A stretch of DNA of 63,825 bases, counting the filler, from Octopus bimaculoides (taxonomy: Eukaryota): assembly GCF_001194135.2 (NCBI RefSeq). It is 6 parts of 5 records of this genome, joined end to end, with 100 filler letters (N's around TTAATTAATTAA, not from the genome) between each part and the next. Parts side by side here need not be neighbours in the genome. Positions count along the whole stretch, not along the records: positions 1 to 28,834 come from NC_068983.1; 5 more parts are not named here. One strand, written 5' to 3'. Made by a program: the position numbers and the translations under genes. This document shows positions 1 through 12,470 of this stretch, in pieces. The notes beneath the pieces were generated by a model that saw only the letters and a list, made by a program, of their open reading frames with translations, was not told the DNA's origin and did not search any database. Within the stretch, counting starts at the first letter, position 1. Every line of letters starts with the position of its first letter.

Positions 1-62
<62 letters not shown>

Positions 63-285
63 GTATATATATATATATACACACACACACACATACGCAT
101 ATTCTTTAAGTCCGTTTATGCGAAACCTTTTTCAGTGCGCTCATAAAAACCTCCAATGCTATTTATTCCGGCTACCGCTTTTTGTTCCCATCTTACGCAA
201 AAATTTTATTGGAAGGTTATTAGTTTGGTGCATATATACATACATACATACATACATACATACATACATACATACATACATACAT

Positions 286-605
286 GCATAGGACGCTGTA
301 TAACGAGATCCGTCAGAAGGATAACCCCGAGGACAAAGAAATAAGAACCTACAGTATGGTGGAAGCCATAGCCACTCATAATAAAAAGGAGTACTGGTGG
401 AATGTCCCAGTGAAAACCTGAATAAAATGTAAACATAATAGACCTGACATAATGATTTGGGATAGAGAAGAGAAACCGTGCACACTTGTGGAAATCAACA
501 GCGCAGAGGACGTTAACATAAAGCAAAAGATCAGTGAAATAGAAAACAGCTACGCTGAACTATTGAGAAATTTGCAGGTTACAAGTTCGGGTTTATACCT
601 GTAAT
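286..605 (+). mobile_element. RLE-type (R4/R2-group) LINE fragment, restriction-like endonuclease domain
   Basis: From 356: MVEAIATHNKKEYWWNVPVKT*IKCKHNRPDIMIWDREEKPCTLVEINSAEDVNIKQKISEIENSYAELLRNLQ (RPD…E…K/E…Y..L). Begins just after a (TACA)n run. Confidence 0.75.
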
Positions 606-2376
606 NNNNNNNNNNNNNNNNNNNNNNNNNNNNNNNNNNNNNNNNNNNNNNNNNNNNNNNNNNNNNNNNNNNNNNNNNNNNNNNNNNNNNNNNNNNNNNN
701 NNNNNNNNNNNNNNNNNNNNNNNNNNNNNNNNNNNNNNNNNNNNNNNNNNNNNNNNNNNNNNNNNNNNNNNNNNNNNNNNNNNNNNNNNNNNNNNNNNNN
801 NNNNNNNNNNNNNNNNNNNNNNNNNNNNNNNNNNNNNNNNNNNNNNNNNNNNNNNNNNNNNNNNNNNNNNNNNNNNNNNNNNNNNNNNNNNNNNNNNNNN
901 NNNNNNNNNNNNNNNNNNNNNNNNNNNNNNNNNNNNNNNNNNNNNNNNNNNNNNNNNNNNNNNNNNNNNNNNNNNNNNNNNNNNNNNNNNNNNNNNNNNN
1001 NNNNNNNNNNNNNNNNNNNNNNNNNNNNNNNNNNNNNNNNNNNNNNNNNNNNNNNNNNNNNNNNNNNNNNNNNNNNNNNNNNNNNNNNNNNNNNNNNNNN
1101 NNNNNNNNNNNNNNNNNNNNNNNNNNNNNNNNNNNNNNNNNNNNNNNNNNNNNNNNNNNNNNNNNNNNNNNNNNNNNNNNNNNNNNNNNNNNNNNNNNNN
1201 NNNNNNNNNNNNNNNNNNNNNNNNNNNNNNNNNNNNNNNNNNNNNNNNNNNNNNNNNNNNNNNNNNNNNNNNNNNNNNNNNNNNNNNNNNNNNNNNNNNN
1301 NNNNNNNNNNNNNNNNNNNNNNNNNNNNNNNNNNNNNNNNNNNNNNNNNNNNNNNNNNNNNNNNNNNNNNNNNNNNNNNNNNNNNNNNNNNNNNNNNNNN
1401 NNNNNNNNNNNNNNNNNNNNNNNNNNNNNNNNNNNNNNNNNNNNNNNNNNNNNNNNNNNNNNNNNNNNNNNNNNNNNNNNNNNNNNNNNNNNNNNNNNNN
1501 NNNNNNNNNNNNNNNNNNNNNNNNNNNNNNNNNNNNNNNNNNNNNNNNNNNNNNNNNNNNNNNNNNNNNNNNNNNNNNNNNNNNNNNNNNNNNNNNNNNN
1601 NNNNATATATATATATATATATATAGGTATATATATATGTATGTAGTATATATAAAGAAAACATACAAATCTGCACGTATACATACATACAAAAATACCC
1701 TGTTGATGCTGTTGAAATTTCAATGATGGAGCCTTGGATCTAGGTTAGAAACCAGCTTTCTCTCTAATGACAAGAAATCTTGAAATAAAACTGAATATTG
1801 GCATGCATACATACATACATACATACATTTCTCTAAATTTTCCTTTCCAGATACGTTGTACAGGGTGACTGGAGAAATTAACCGACCAAGCAACCAACCA
1901 ACATTTATACCGATATCATTATAAAGAGATACTAAGGGAGAGAAAGGTAAATGAGACTGAAGAGATAGGAACTTAGAATGTAATTGGAAGTAACTAAATA
2001 TTTCGACGCTTAATCTTTTCAGTCACACATTGCCAGCTATTCGATTTATAGTAATAACGCTGACATATTAAAAATATAGCGAGTTAAAAAAAAACACACA
2101 CACACACGCAAAAATACCAGCAAACTTTTGAACAACTGATATTATTCCAGCAATTAGTAACAAAATCTTCCCCAAGGCTTGTTTAAAATGAAAAAAAAAA
2201 AAAAACAAAAGGAAAGGAAAAACTCCAGTAAGGTAAATTGAAATCTTTGGACTATGAATGCAGATTGGAGCGGAATTAGTTACTTCAGACAACTGGTGAA
2301 AGCAATACATATCTTTCGGTTTTAGTAGACCTCGTTAGCGGTGCATAATCTGCTCAGTTGATAAAATTTGGAAGTG

Positions 2377-2448
<72 letters not shown>

Positions 2449-2610
2449 CAATTAGAAAATGGAAGAGAATATGCGGTACCCATCGACTTGCAGACAGATA
2501 TATATAAATTTAAATAATAAGGGTGAAAAATTGAATATTAATTTGATTAATATCAATTTAAAACTAGTGGCCTAGCAAATTGAAAAATCTGAAGATTCAG
2601 AAAAATGATA

Positions 2611-2890
2611 TTACATACATATAAGCGTGATGACCATTAAGTTGACATCCCTTTTGCTAGAAGACCACCACCTACGGTCTGACCACTAAAAAAAGATTGT
2701 TCTCAAGAAAAATTCAGCAAACACCAGAACGTAAGCGAGCAAGACATTTTTCATTTGTCTTATTCGCATACGTTCTGGTGTTTGCTGAATTTTCTTGAGA
2801 ATAATCTTTTCTTAGTGGTCAGACCGTAGGTGGTCTTCTTCTAGCAAAAGGGACGTCCACTTAGTGGTCATCCCTCTTATGTGTATGTAA
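2611..2890. repeat. 280-bp imperfect palindrome (~135-bp arms, 9-nt loop)
   Basis: Left …AATTCAGCAAACACCAGAACGT…AAGACA and right TGTCTT…ACGTTCTGGTGTTTGCTGAATT… are reverse complements along the whole length. Confidence 0.9.
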
Positions 2891-2891
2891 G

Positions 2892-2929
<38 letters not shown>

Positions 2930-3029
2930 GACGCACACACATACACACACATGCACACACAGACGCACACACATACACACACATGCACACACATACACAC
3001 ACATGCACACACATACACACACATAGTGA

Positions 3030-3631
3030 AGCCCCGTGGCTTTGTGGTTTGAGTTTTGCACTTATGACTGTGATTTCGATTCCTGGACCGAGCAATGTGT
3101 TGAGCTGTTGAGCAATACACTTCATTTCATCTTCCTCCAGTCCATTCAGCTGCCAAATATGAGTATTCCTGCGACAGACCAGCGTCCTGCCCATGGTGGG
3201 TGGGAGTAGTTTATATCCCACAGAATTCGAAAAATTGTCCTTACGATTTGTGACTTGAGAAGGACTTTTGATAATTTTCATATATATATGTATACATGTA
3301 TGAAGATCGCAGTGGCATGAAACTGAGTCGGTAATCAAACTCTCGGTTTCACTTATAAGAACCCTCTTTCCTTCTCCCACCCCTCTCTCCAAATGTACAG
3401 CCTAGCCAGGCTCATGGGCCCGGTTTCCCGGTTTCATTGGTGTATGTGTTCCCCAGCTGGACGGGACGCCAGTCCACCGCAGCGTTACTCATTTTTGGCA
3501 GCTGAGTGGACTGGAGCAACGTGAAATGAAGTGTTTTGCTCAAGAACACAACGCGTCACCCGGTCCAGGAATCGAAACCACAATCTTATGATCATGATGC
3601 TGACACCCTAACCACTAAGCCACGCGCCTCC

Positions 3632-3632
<1 letters not shown>
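3030..3632. mobile_element. Two third-family SINE copies in inverted orientation (~3030-3240 plus, ~3400-3632 minus)
   Basis: TTCGATTCCTGGACCG…CTCCAGTCCATTCAGCTG on plus; CAGCTGAGTGGACTGGAG…CGGTCCAGGAATCGAAACC as its reverse complement. Confidence 0.75.
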
Positions 3633-3676
<44 letters not shown>

Positions 3677-4286
3677 CACGTATACATATATAATATATAA
3701 ATATATATACGTATATAATACATATATCAATACATATAATGATATACAAGTATAATAAATTTCATTCGGGTATTAACCCTGGAGTTTACTCTATTAAGCT
3801 CATCCACGGGTACAGTCTGTCAGAGAATACAGTAAATGATATATTGGTTTATCAAACACAAATGTCCGTAGAGTTTTGAAATTACAAAGAATGAAATTAA
3901 CAATTAACAGTTGGTTTTTCTGAATTCGATCTCATCAATATTGCTAAATTAGACAAATATAGAAAGCAACTATTGATTCTTGAGATGTCATTGAAATTGC
4001 ACATACCGAACCAGACTCATCAGAATTATGCATAATGGCTATTGATTGTATGTAGCGACGCTGATTATGAATATCAACAATATGACTGAGGGAAAATACC
4101 GCAAGGGAGTGTTCTGTATCATTTGTTACGGTTGATTTCAAAGTTCTTGCAAATCGATCCTAAAACGATCTGAGCTAAAAAAAAATTAGAAGGACGGAAT
4201 AAAATACCATTTACTATTTAATCATTATACTTTTACGGTGCTACCTTTGTAACTCTTTCTAACATCTATTATATATATTTATAGAG

Positions 4287-4501
4287 GGCGGCGAGCTGGT
4301 AGAATCGTTAGCGCGTCGGGCAAAATGTTTAAGCAGCATTTTCTCATAACACTTTATGCCCTGAGTTCAAATTCCACTGAAATCGACTTTACCTTTCCTC
4401 CTTTCGAGGCCGATAAAATAGATACCAGTTGAGCACTGGAGTCGATGTGATCAATTTACACCTCCCCTAATATTGCTGGTATTGTGCCAAAATTTGAAAC
4501 C
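4287..4501 (+). mobile_element. GGCGGCGAG-family SINE
   Basis: Family head, GAGTTCAAATTCC, tail TTGTGCCAAAATTTGAAAC. Confidence 0.85.
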
Positions 4502-5065
4502 ATTATATAGTTTACATTGATAGATTGATAGATAGATAGATAGATAGATAGATATTGTATGATATGAGATACAATAAGCATTATTCTGGAACAGACAGGA
4601 CTACATATGCATCGCCAAGACGCTGAATCGAGCAGTACATTTTGAGAAACGGTGTTTCCGATATGGCTGCATAGTTATGCTGCTGCTGATTCAATGAGCA
4701 TTTCTATGATTAGAATGGACTCATGTTTTTGAACAATTATATATTAGCAGCTAAGAATCTAATGTAAATTAAAGATTCAATAAGCGATTCAGCGAGTATT
4801 CAATAAGCAATGAGTAGTTCAGGGATTATTTCTGTTCGTTTTCTCTCAAAGATTTATACATACAGTATCTTATCTCATTTGAAATAACATCCCCGCTAAA
4901 GTGTTACATGCCTGCCTGCCTGCATGCATGCATGTATGTATGTATGTATGTTAATTTCACGGGTAGGCTTCTCCGTTGATCGGATCACATGGAACATTCG
5001 TCGTCGTAAACGATGGAGTACCAGTCTTTTTTATATGTTCGCTCATTTGCATGAATACACACACA

Positions 5066-5107
<42 letters not shown>

Positions 5108-5705
5108 AATGTATATACACATGGTAAGTAATAACGAATCAGATAATCCAGTTATACGATATGCATTTATTTGTGTGCGTGGGTGTATGCGCATGCGTGT
5201 GTTTGTGTTGAGGAGGATGTCTGTCTGTCTATCTCTATGACGCAGGCATGATAGAGTGGTTAAGAAATTTGCTTCGCAACAATGAGTCCCTGAGATCTGT
5301 GCAATGTATTTGGTAAAAGCCTTTAACATGGCATCAGATAGACCCAAGCCTCGTAAATGAATTTAAGTAGACGGAAACTGTGTAGAAGCCTGTCGAATAT
5401 ACTCACCTATAATGTAGCATTGTCATGCGTGTGCAAACACACACACGTGCAAACACACACACGCAGACATATACACATATACACACACGCATGCACACGC
5501 ACATATACACACGTGATTATTCAGATAATGTTATAAGAGTAGTTGCGTATTAGTCGTATGGTAAGAAGCTTGCTTCCCAACTACATGGTTATGAGTTCAG
5601 CCTCACTGCATGGCACCCTGGGCTAGTGTCTTCTACTATAGTCCCGGTCCTTCTAAAGCCACGTGAGTAGATTTGGTAGGTGGAAACTGAAAATATCATC
5701 CCGTC

Positions 5706-5740
<35 letters not shown>

Positions 5741-7190
5741 TCCCTCATATATATATATATATATATACACGCATANNNNNNNNNNNNNNNNNNNNNNNNN
5801 NNNNNNNNNNNNNNNNNNNNNNNNNNNNNNNNNNNNNNNNNNNNNNNNNNNNNNNNNNNNNNNNNNNNNNNNNNNNNNNNNNNNNNNNNNNNNNNNNNNN
5901 NNNNNNNNNNNNNNNNNNNNNNNNNNNNNNNNNNNNNNNNNNNNNNNNNNNNNNNNNNNNNNNNNNNNNNNNNNNNNNNNNNNNNNNNNNNNNNNNNNNN
6001 NNNNNNNNNNNNNNNNNNNNNNNNNNNNNNNNNNNNNNNNNNNNNNNNNNNNNNNNNNNNNNNNNNNNNNNNNNNNNNNNNNNNNNNNNNNNNNNNNNNN
6101 NNNNNNNNNNNNNNNNNNNNNNNNNNNNNNNNNNNNNNNNNNNNNNNNNNNNNNNNNNNNNNNNNNNNNNNNNNNNNNNNNNNNNNNNNNNNNNNNNNNN
6201 NNNNNNNNNNNNNNNNNNNNNNNNNNNNNNNNNNNNNNNNNNNNNNNNNNNNNNNNNNNNNNNNNNNNNNNNNNNNNNNNNNNNNNNNNNNNNNNNNNNN
6301 NNNNNNNNNNNNNNNNNNNNNNNNNNNNNNNNNNNNNNNNNNNNNNNNNNNNNNNNNNNNNNNNNNNNNNNNNNNNNNNNNNNNNNNNNNNNNNNNNNNN
6401 NNNNNNNNNNNNNNNNNNNNNNNNNNNNNNNNNNNNNNNNNNNNNNNNNNNNNNNNNNNNNNNNNNNNNNNNNNNNNNNNNNNNNNNNNNNNNNNNNNNN
6501 NNNNNNNNNNNNNNNNNNNNNNNNNNNNNNNNNNNNNNNNTATATATATATATATATATATATATGCATATATATATATAATCTAAAGAAGAGGAAAGCA
6601 AAATCATGGCAAGATAAGAGTATCAGTTCATTTAAATTAGTTTAATACTGAAGCGAAGTAAGCATTAAACTAATTTAAATGAATTGATCAGTTTATTCTG
6701 CCTTGATTTTGTTTTCCTCTTCTTTAAATTACACCTACGGGCTCAAAGGTAGGCTGCAAATCACCGATTCTCTTCCTAATGGGCATTGGCTACTACAGCT
6801 ACAGTTTCAGCCACCGTTGTAAACTTGGATCAAGTAGCTTATCGATTGGAGCACTCACACCGCATACCTATTAGTCTAGGTCACCACAACATTTGAGGGT
6901 GAATAAATTGTTTTAATATTTGGATTCTGTCAGGACGATACCAATGGTTTCATGTAATTAAAATTCGTAATTATTCAATTGTGGCTTGAATAAATACTGG
7001 CAGTCGAACTATTCTTGTAAGGCACACAGAACACTCAACTATTAAGACATACAGACACAGAGACACATACGCATACGTATATTTTTAATTGGAAGAAAGT
7101 CACAAAAGTGATTCAAGGGTTTATAAACTCATGCATTGAATGCTATTGCTCTTTGTTCAACCAAACACACACACTCATACATACATACAT

Positions 7191-7221
<31 letters not shown>

Positions 7222-7635
7222 TACCTACATACATACATACATACATACATATGCACAAGTGAGTGAACAAACGAAAAGAGATCTCAGCTCATTTGGCTGG
7301 AGTAACATGCACTTAATAACAGCTATCGCTCTGGAATTTTCAAATAATGTATTGTGGAGTTTGGCTCAGCTCCACATTACTTAGAGTTTCATGGGCGTAA
7401 GACACGTCTGCCGCATCAGATGTTCAGAATAAAGATTAAAATGGCTGTTAAGTGTTCAGATCTCTTATCAACTACCTCAGGTCATATAGTTGTAATGCTA
7501 TCAAAGTGATCAATGCATTACGAACAGAATGTTGGCCCCCACCTTGATGACATCCTCCAGTATGTTGTATTCTGTGAATGTAGTATGTATAGAAACGAGT
7601 TTACAGTGGACAGATTTGAAGTTAGCTTTCAGGGG

Positions 7636-7841
7636 ACAGTTATAACTGTTTGAAGCTATTTTAAAGAAGCTATTTGTAACTGAATCCAACTTACAGTTAA
7701 CAGTTATAACTGTGTGAAATTCGGCTGCAAATATAACTGTTAACAGTTACGTACGTTAAAGAATACAAGATACACATCTTTGAAGCTAGCTTACATTTAT
7801 ACATAATTGAAAAAGCGGATTAAAGCAAATGTTTATAACTG
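7636..7841. repeat. Cluster of nine CAGTTA/TAACTG hexamers arranged as short palindromes
   Basis: ACAGTTATAACTGT at 7636-7649 and 7700-7713; TAACTGTTAACAGTTA at 7734-7749; single sites at 7677, 7694 and 7836. Confidence 0.8.
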
Positions 7842-8479
7842 TTTAAAGCTAATTTACGGCGGGAATCTATAACACTGCATTATACACTAACGAAATACTA
7901 AATGTTGCAATTGCTCTACAACAGTACTGCCGCTTACAAAGGACTGCTAAAATATACTGTAGTAGCTAGATGGATTCTGCTAGCATTAAATATTAATTCT
8001 CTTAGTCATGTACAACACGGTACCAACCTCTCAAGCATTTAGCTGATAGGTTGTCGCTGCAGAACGATCACAGAGCGCCGGATGTAACTACATTAGTGTA
8101 TGTATTTTTTTTTGTTCTTCTAAGATTCTTTTTTAGTTCGAATCCCGCAGCGGTTGGCTTTACATTTATTTTTCGCCTGACACGGGATCAATGATATATA
8201 GAGCTTGATTCTATCGGCACTATAATCTATTGCTAGTAAATATTGATGTTATGCTCATGAAAGAAACCAATACTCTGGTGATGGACATAGCAAAAGCTAA
8301 ATATAATAAAGTACCGAAGTACATCCCTGGAGCAAAAACCCTTTTCAAAAGAATTCAAATTTGCAAACTATTAATCGTTAGAATATTCAGTGATTTTAAT
8401 ATATAATAGCAGAGAAGTGAATACTGGAAAAAATTCACCATCGTGTTGTATATATATCTTATATAATATTTTGAATTAA

Positions 8480-8690
8480 GGCGGCGAGCTGGCAGAATCG
8501 TTAACATGCCGAGCAAAATGCTTAGTGGCATTTCGTCAGTCTTCAAGTCCTGCATTCAAATTCCATTGAGGATGAGTTTGCCTTTCATTCTTTCGAGGTC
8601 GATAGAGTAAGTATCAGTCGAGCATTTGGCTCGATGTAGTCGACTTTCCCTCTCTCCCGAAATTGCTGGCCTTGTGCCAAAATTTGAAAC
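8480..8690 (+). mobile_element. GGCGGCGAG-family SINE
   Basis: GGCGGCGAGCTGGCAGAATCGTT head; tail CCTTGTGCCAAAATTTGAAAC. Confidence 0.85.
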
Positions 8691-8902
8691 TAATATTATG
8701 TTTTGAATTGTTCATATAGGCATAGACATGGCAGTGTGATTCAGAGGGTCACTTTGCAACCACGTTATTTCGGGTTCAGTCCCACTTAGCGGACTTTATG
8801 CAAATGTCTTCTATTACACCTTCTTCTGAGTGAATTTGGTTGCGGAAACTGTGTGTAAGTTTCTCGTGTACACACACGCGCGCGCGCACATACACACATA
8901 TG

Positions 8903-8960
<58 letters not shown>

Positions 8961-9277
8961 TTGGCATGTTTGTCTTTGTGTTTGTTACCACACATTGCTT
9001 GACAACCGGTGTTGGTTTGCTTACCCCAGTAACTTAGGGTTCGGCAAAGTAGACCGAGAGAAGAAGTATAAAAGTTTAGCGGAAAAGAAAATTATGCTAT
9101 GGTCATTTAGCTCGACTAAAACCTTTCAAAGCGGTGTCCTAGCATGGCGGCAATCCATTGACAGAAACCAGATAAAGGTAAAAGACAAAGTGATCTTAGA
9201 TAAAATATGTGAAAGATTTTCAGGATAAGACCTTTAGGTTCGTGCAGCTTATGATCATCATATGTGTCTATTTACAG

Positions 9278-9443
9278 TACTTACTGTCAAGAGTGCTATG
9301 GCATCACAAGGGATAAATTCAGAAGCTATTGAGACTATACTACACAATACTGCTGCGACGAAGAGAATAAGATGTCAACTGCAGAAACTTGGGCAATCAT
9401 TCCAATATCATATTTACTCGCTCATCTCTGTTCTGTATAGTAG
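9278..9443 (+). other. Candidate 166-nt exon of an unidentified plus-strand transcript
   Basis: Unique sequence bounded by TCTATTTACAG| and AG|GTGAGT; one fully open frame (LTVKSAMASQGINSEAIETILHNTAATKRIRCQLQKLGQSFQYHIYSLISVLYS). Confidence 0.3.
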
Positions 9444-9656
9444 GTGAGTATTCTCTGAATGGACGGTTATAAAGAAAATAACATGGAAGTAATATTTCTG
9501 GACATCAAATCATCCAAGTTCTCAATGCTAGTATTGCTATGTATGCAAATATATCGACTTTTCTATTTAAAGCAATAAACACACATACACACGTTTCATT
9601 ATACATGTAAACACACACACACGTTTCACTATATATATGCAAACAAACACACACAC

Positions 9657-9714
<58 letters not shown>

Positions 9715-10393
9715 NNNNNNNNNNNNNNNNNNNNNNNNNNNNNNNNNNNNNNNNNNNNNNNNNNNNNNNNNNNNNNNNNNNNNNNNNNNNNNNNNNNNNN
9801 NNNNNNNNNNNNNNNNNNNNNNNNNNNNNNNNNNNNNNNNNNNNNNNNNNNNNNNNNNNNNNNNNNNNNNNNNNNNNNNNNNNNNNNNNNNNNNNNNNNN
9901 NNNNNNNNNNNNNNNNNNNNNNNNNNNNNNNNNNNNNNNNNNNNNNNNNNNNNNNNNNNNNNNNNNNNNNNNNNNNNNNNNNNNNNNNNNNNNNNNNNNN
10001 NNNNNNNNNNNNNNNNNNNNNNNNNNNNNNNNNNNNNNNNNNNNNNNNNNNNNNNNNNNNNNNNNNNNNNNNNNNNNNNNNNNNNNNNNNNNNNNNNNNN
10101 NNNNNNNNNNNNNNNNNNNNNNNNNNNNNNNNNNNNNNNNNNNNNNNNNNNNNNNNNNNNNNNNNNNNNNNNNNNNNNNNNNNNNNNNNNNNNNNNNNNN
10201 NNNNNNNNNNNNNNNNNNNNNNNNNNNNNNNNNNNNNNNNNNNNNNNNNNNNNNNNNNNNNNNNNNNNNNNNNNNNNNNNNNNNNNNNNNNNNNNNNNNN
10301 NNNNNNNNNNNNNNNNNNNNNNNNNNNNNNNNNNNNNNNNNNNNNNNNNNNNNNNNNNNNNNNNNNNNNNNNNNNNNNNNNNNNNNNNNNNNN

Positions 10394-10438
<45 letters not shown>

Positions 10439-11243
10439 AAGAAAGAAAGAGAGAGAGAGAGAGAAAGAAAGAGAGAGAGAGAAAGAGAGAGAGAGATGAA
10501 AGCTGGCATGATGTTAGACCATTGTTTGTTAATGAACTGCACAGTGAAGGCGACGTTTTAGTCCAGTTGATGACCTATACTTATACTGTAACTATCACAA
10601 AAATGTTTCTTCTCAGTTAAGTGAAATGCAGAATCTGACATTTCTAGAGACACATCTCTCTTCCATTCACCAAAACAAAGACGTTTGAAGAATATTATTT
10701 ACATGATTGATACACATATTGCTCTTTACTCTTTCAAATGAAGAAGCTTGATTATTAACTCACTTTGTTTCATGTATACTCGTATACTCGAATGGCTAAG
10801 AAATCAGTGTTAGCTAGAGAAACTTAGGTGCAATACATACATACATACATACATACATATACATACATATATATATACATATACACACTATGCATACAGA
10901 CATATATACTTACAACATACACTTAGATTATATATATATATACATATATACAGTAACATACACAATACTTTTCTGTATGTATGCATGCATGCATGTATTA
11001 ACATACATACTTCCATGGGTAATTATTAATATAGGGACAATAGTGTAACTGAAGCCTTTGTTTTTACTTAGATATGTTGCTGAAAATGGTGGTTCACATT
11101 TTTTTAAAAGTTTAATCATAACACCAATAATTGTAAAAGAGATCCATATAAAAGTAAGTATTATTGTGTTATTTATGATTTGAAATAAAACGTTTATAGA
11201 ATGCATGGAAAAAATAAGGAAATTCGAAGTTTGTAGTATTATA

Positions 11244-12236
11244 TCATGTTGGTATTATACATTGAATCTTCTCTTTAATATTTCGGTAAATTTCCAGGAA
11301 ACCTCGACGAAACATGTAACTTGTTCCGGTATATAAAATTAAGTTGATTCCAAATGTTAAATAATACGGAATTTGTAAGAAATGTTGTGCTGTCTGCAAT
11401 GATATTATGTCATAAGATAAGAAATTCGTGAAGATTAAAGAGTAAAACCTTGTTATATGACTAGGCAGAACCATCATTAGAAAAACACTTGAAACAATTA
11501 CCAGTGATTTGGTCAATTTCATTTGTGTCTTTGATAACAAACTTTGTGTTTTCTCATGCGGCTGTGATTCTTGTAACCAGTTCATACGTTTTTTCACAGC
11601 ACGAATAGCCCAAATTATTCGAAGGTTCATGAAAAGAAGAGCCAGAAAAGGCAAAATAAATGTAAGTGCAGTATCCATATACGTTATCACAGTAAGAAGA
11701 ACAAACAGTTCTTCGCGATACGAACAGTGCCCATGGTAATCAATAGTCGTCCAAAAGCTGGGCATATAAAGAAACACCGGAAAGACACATATTATGAGAG
11801 TTGATAGACGAGCTCTGCGCTTTGTACATATTTGAGTTGCTTTCAAAGGATAGCAGACGACTTTGTATCGTTCTATTGTGAATAGAACAGTAAACCACAC
11901 GGACAAAAAGCCAAATATATACGCACCAAATACAATAAACTGACACCACAATTGTGTAACGTATTCGTGTATGTTCATTTTCTGAAGCCAAATGCACAAG
12001 AGAATTGAAAGAAAACCCGAGTCCGATAAAGCGAGTGCTGCCATGTATGTACTTGATGGAAGTTTATTCATTACTGTGCTGCACGTGAATACAATAAAAG
12101 ACAGTAAATTTCCCGGTATTCCAAGAGCAATCAAAACAGGTAACGCGTAAATATGTAAAGTATCGGCAATATGCATGAATAAATTGGGTTTATCAACCAG
12201 TGTAAAATTTGAAGATAAATTTGAATGTTCTTTCAT
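11244..12236 (-). CDS. Class A (rhodopsin-like) GPCR, FMRFamide/orphan peptide-receptor-like group, 330 aa, intronless CDS
   Basis: Seven hydrophobic segments and N-terminal sequons NLS/NFT. TM1 GIPGN, TM2 LALSD, TM3 Cys and ERY, ECL2 Cys (GHC), TM5 TFILPF, TM6 FLMMVLP, TM7 NLILY, helix 8 FR. No stops or frameshifts. Confidence 0.95.
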   Translation of the reverse strand: MKEHSNLSSNFTLVDKPNLFMHIADTLHIYALPVLIALGIPGNLLSFIVFTCSTVMNKLPSSTYMAALALSDSGFLSILLCIWLQKMNIHEYVTQLWCQFIVFGAYIFGFLSVWFTVLFTIERYKVVCYPLKATQICTKRRARLSTLIICVFPVFLYMPSFWTTIDYHGHCSYREELFVLLTVITYMDTALTFILPFLALLFMNLRIIWAIRAVKKRMNWLQESQPHEKTQSLLSKTQMKLTKSLVIVSSVFLMMVLPSHITRFYSLIFTNFLSYDIISLQTAQHFLQIPYYLTFGINLILYTGTSYMFRRGFLEIYRNIKEKIQCIIPT

Positions 12237-12449
12237 CTTGTTTATCGACTTGATGTGTTAAATGTTATTTACTGCAGTGCATCAATTAGAAGTTTCTTCC
12301 ATTCATACTTCTGAATGAGTTTTATTTCTTAGCTAACTCTTCTTCCTGAACAATGTATTTCCTCTTTATTGGAAAGCAACAGTGAATCAAAAATGTTAGA
12401 AACACTCAATATCTGTCCTTTTCTTTTTTGACTTTTCTCTTGAAATTTT

Positions 12450-12470
12450 CTGAAATATAAAAGAAAAAGT
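12450..12470 (-). promoter_or_regulatory. Probable 3' splice acceptor of the GPCR 5'-UTR intron
   Basis: Minus strand reads CTTTTTCTTTTATATTTCAG| (polypyrimidine tract + CAG), ~213 nt upstream of the ATG, implying an upstream non-coding exon. Confidence 0.55.

Noticed and set aside
2122-2181. Possible 60-nt minus-strand exon (LGKILLLIAGIISVVQKFA)
   Set aside because: Good acceptor but weak donor (GTATTT), and no recognisable homology or neighbouring exons.
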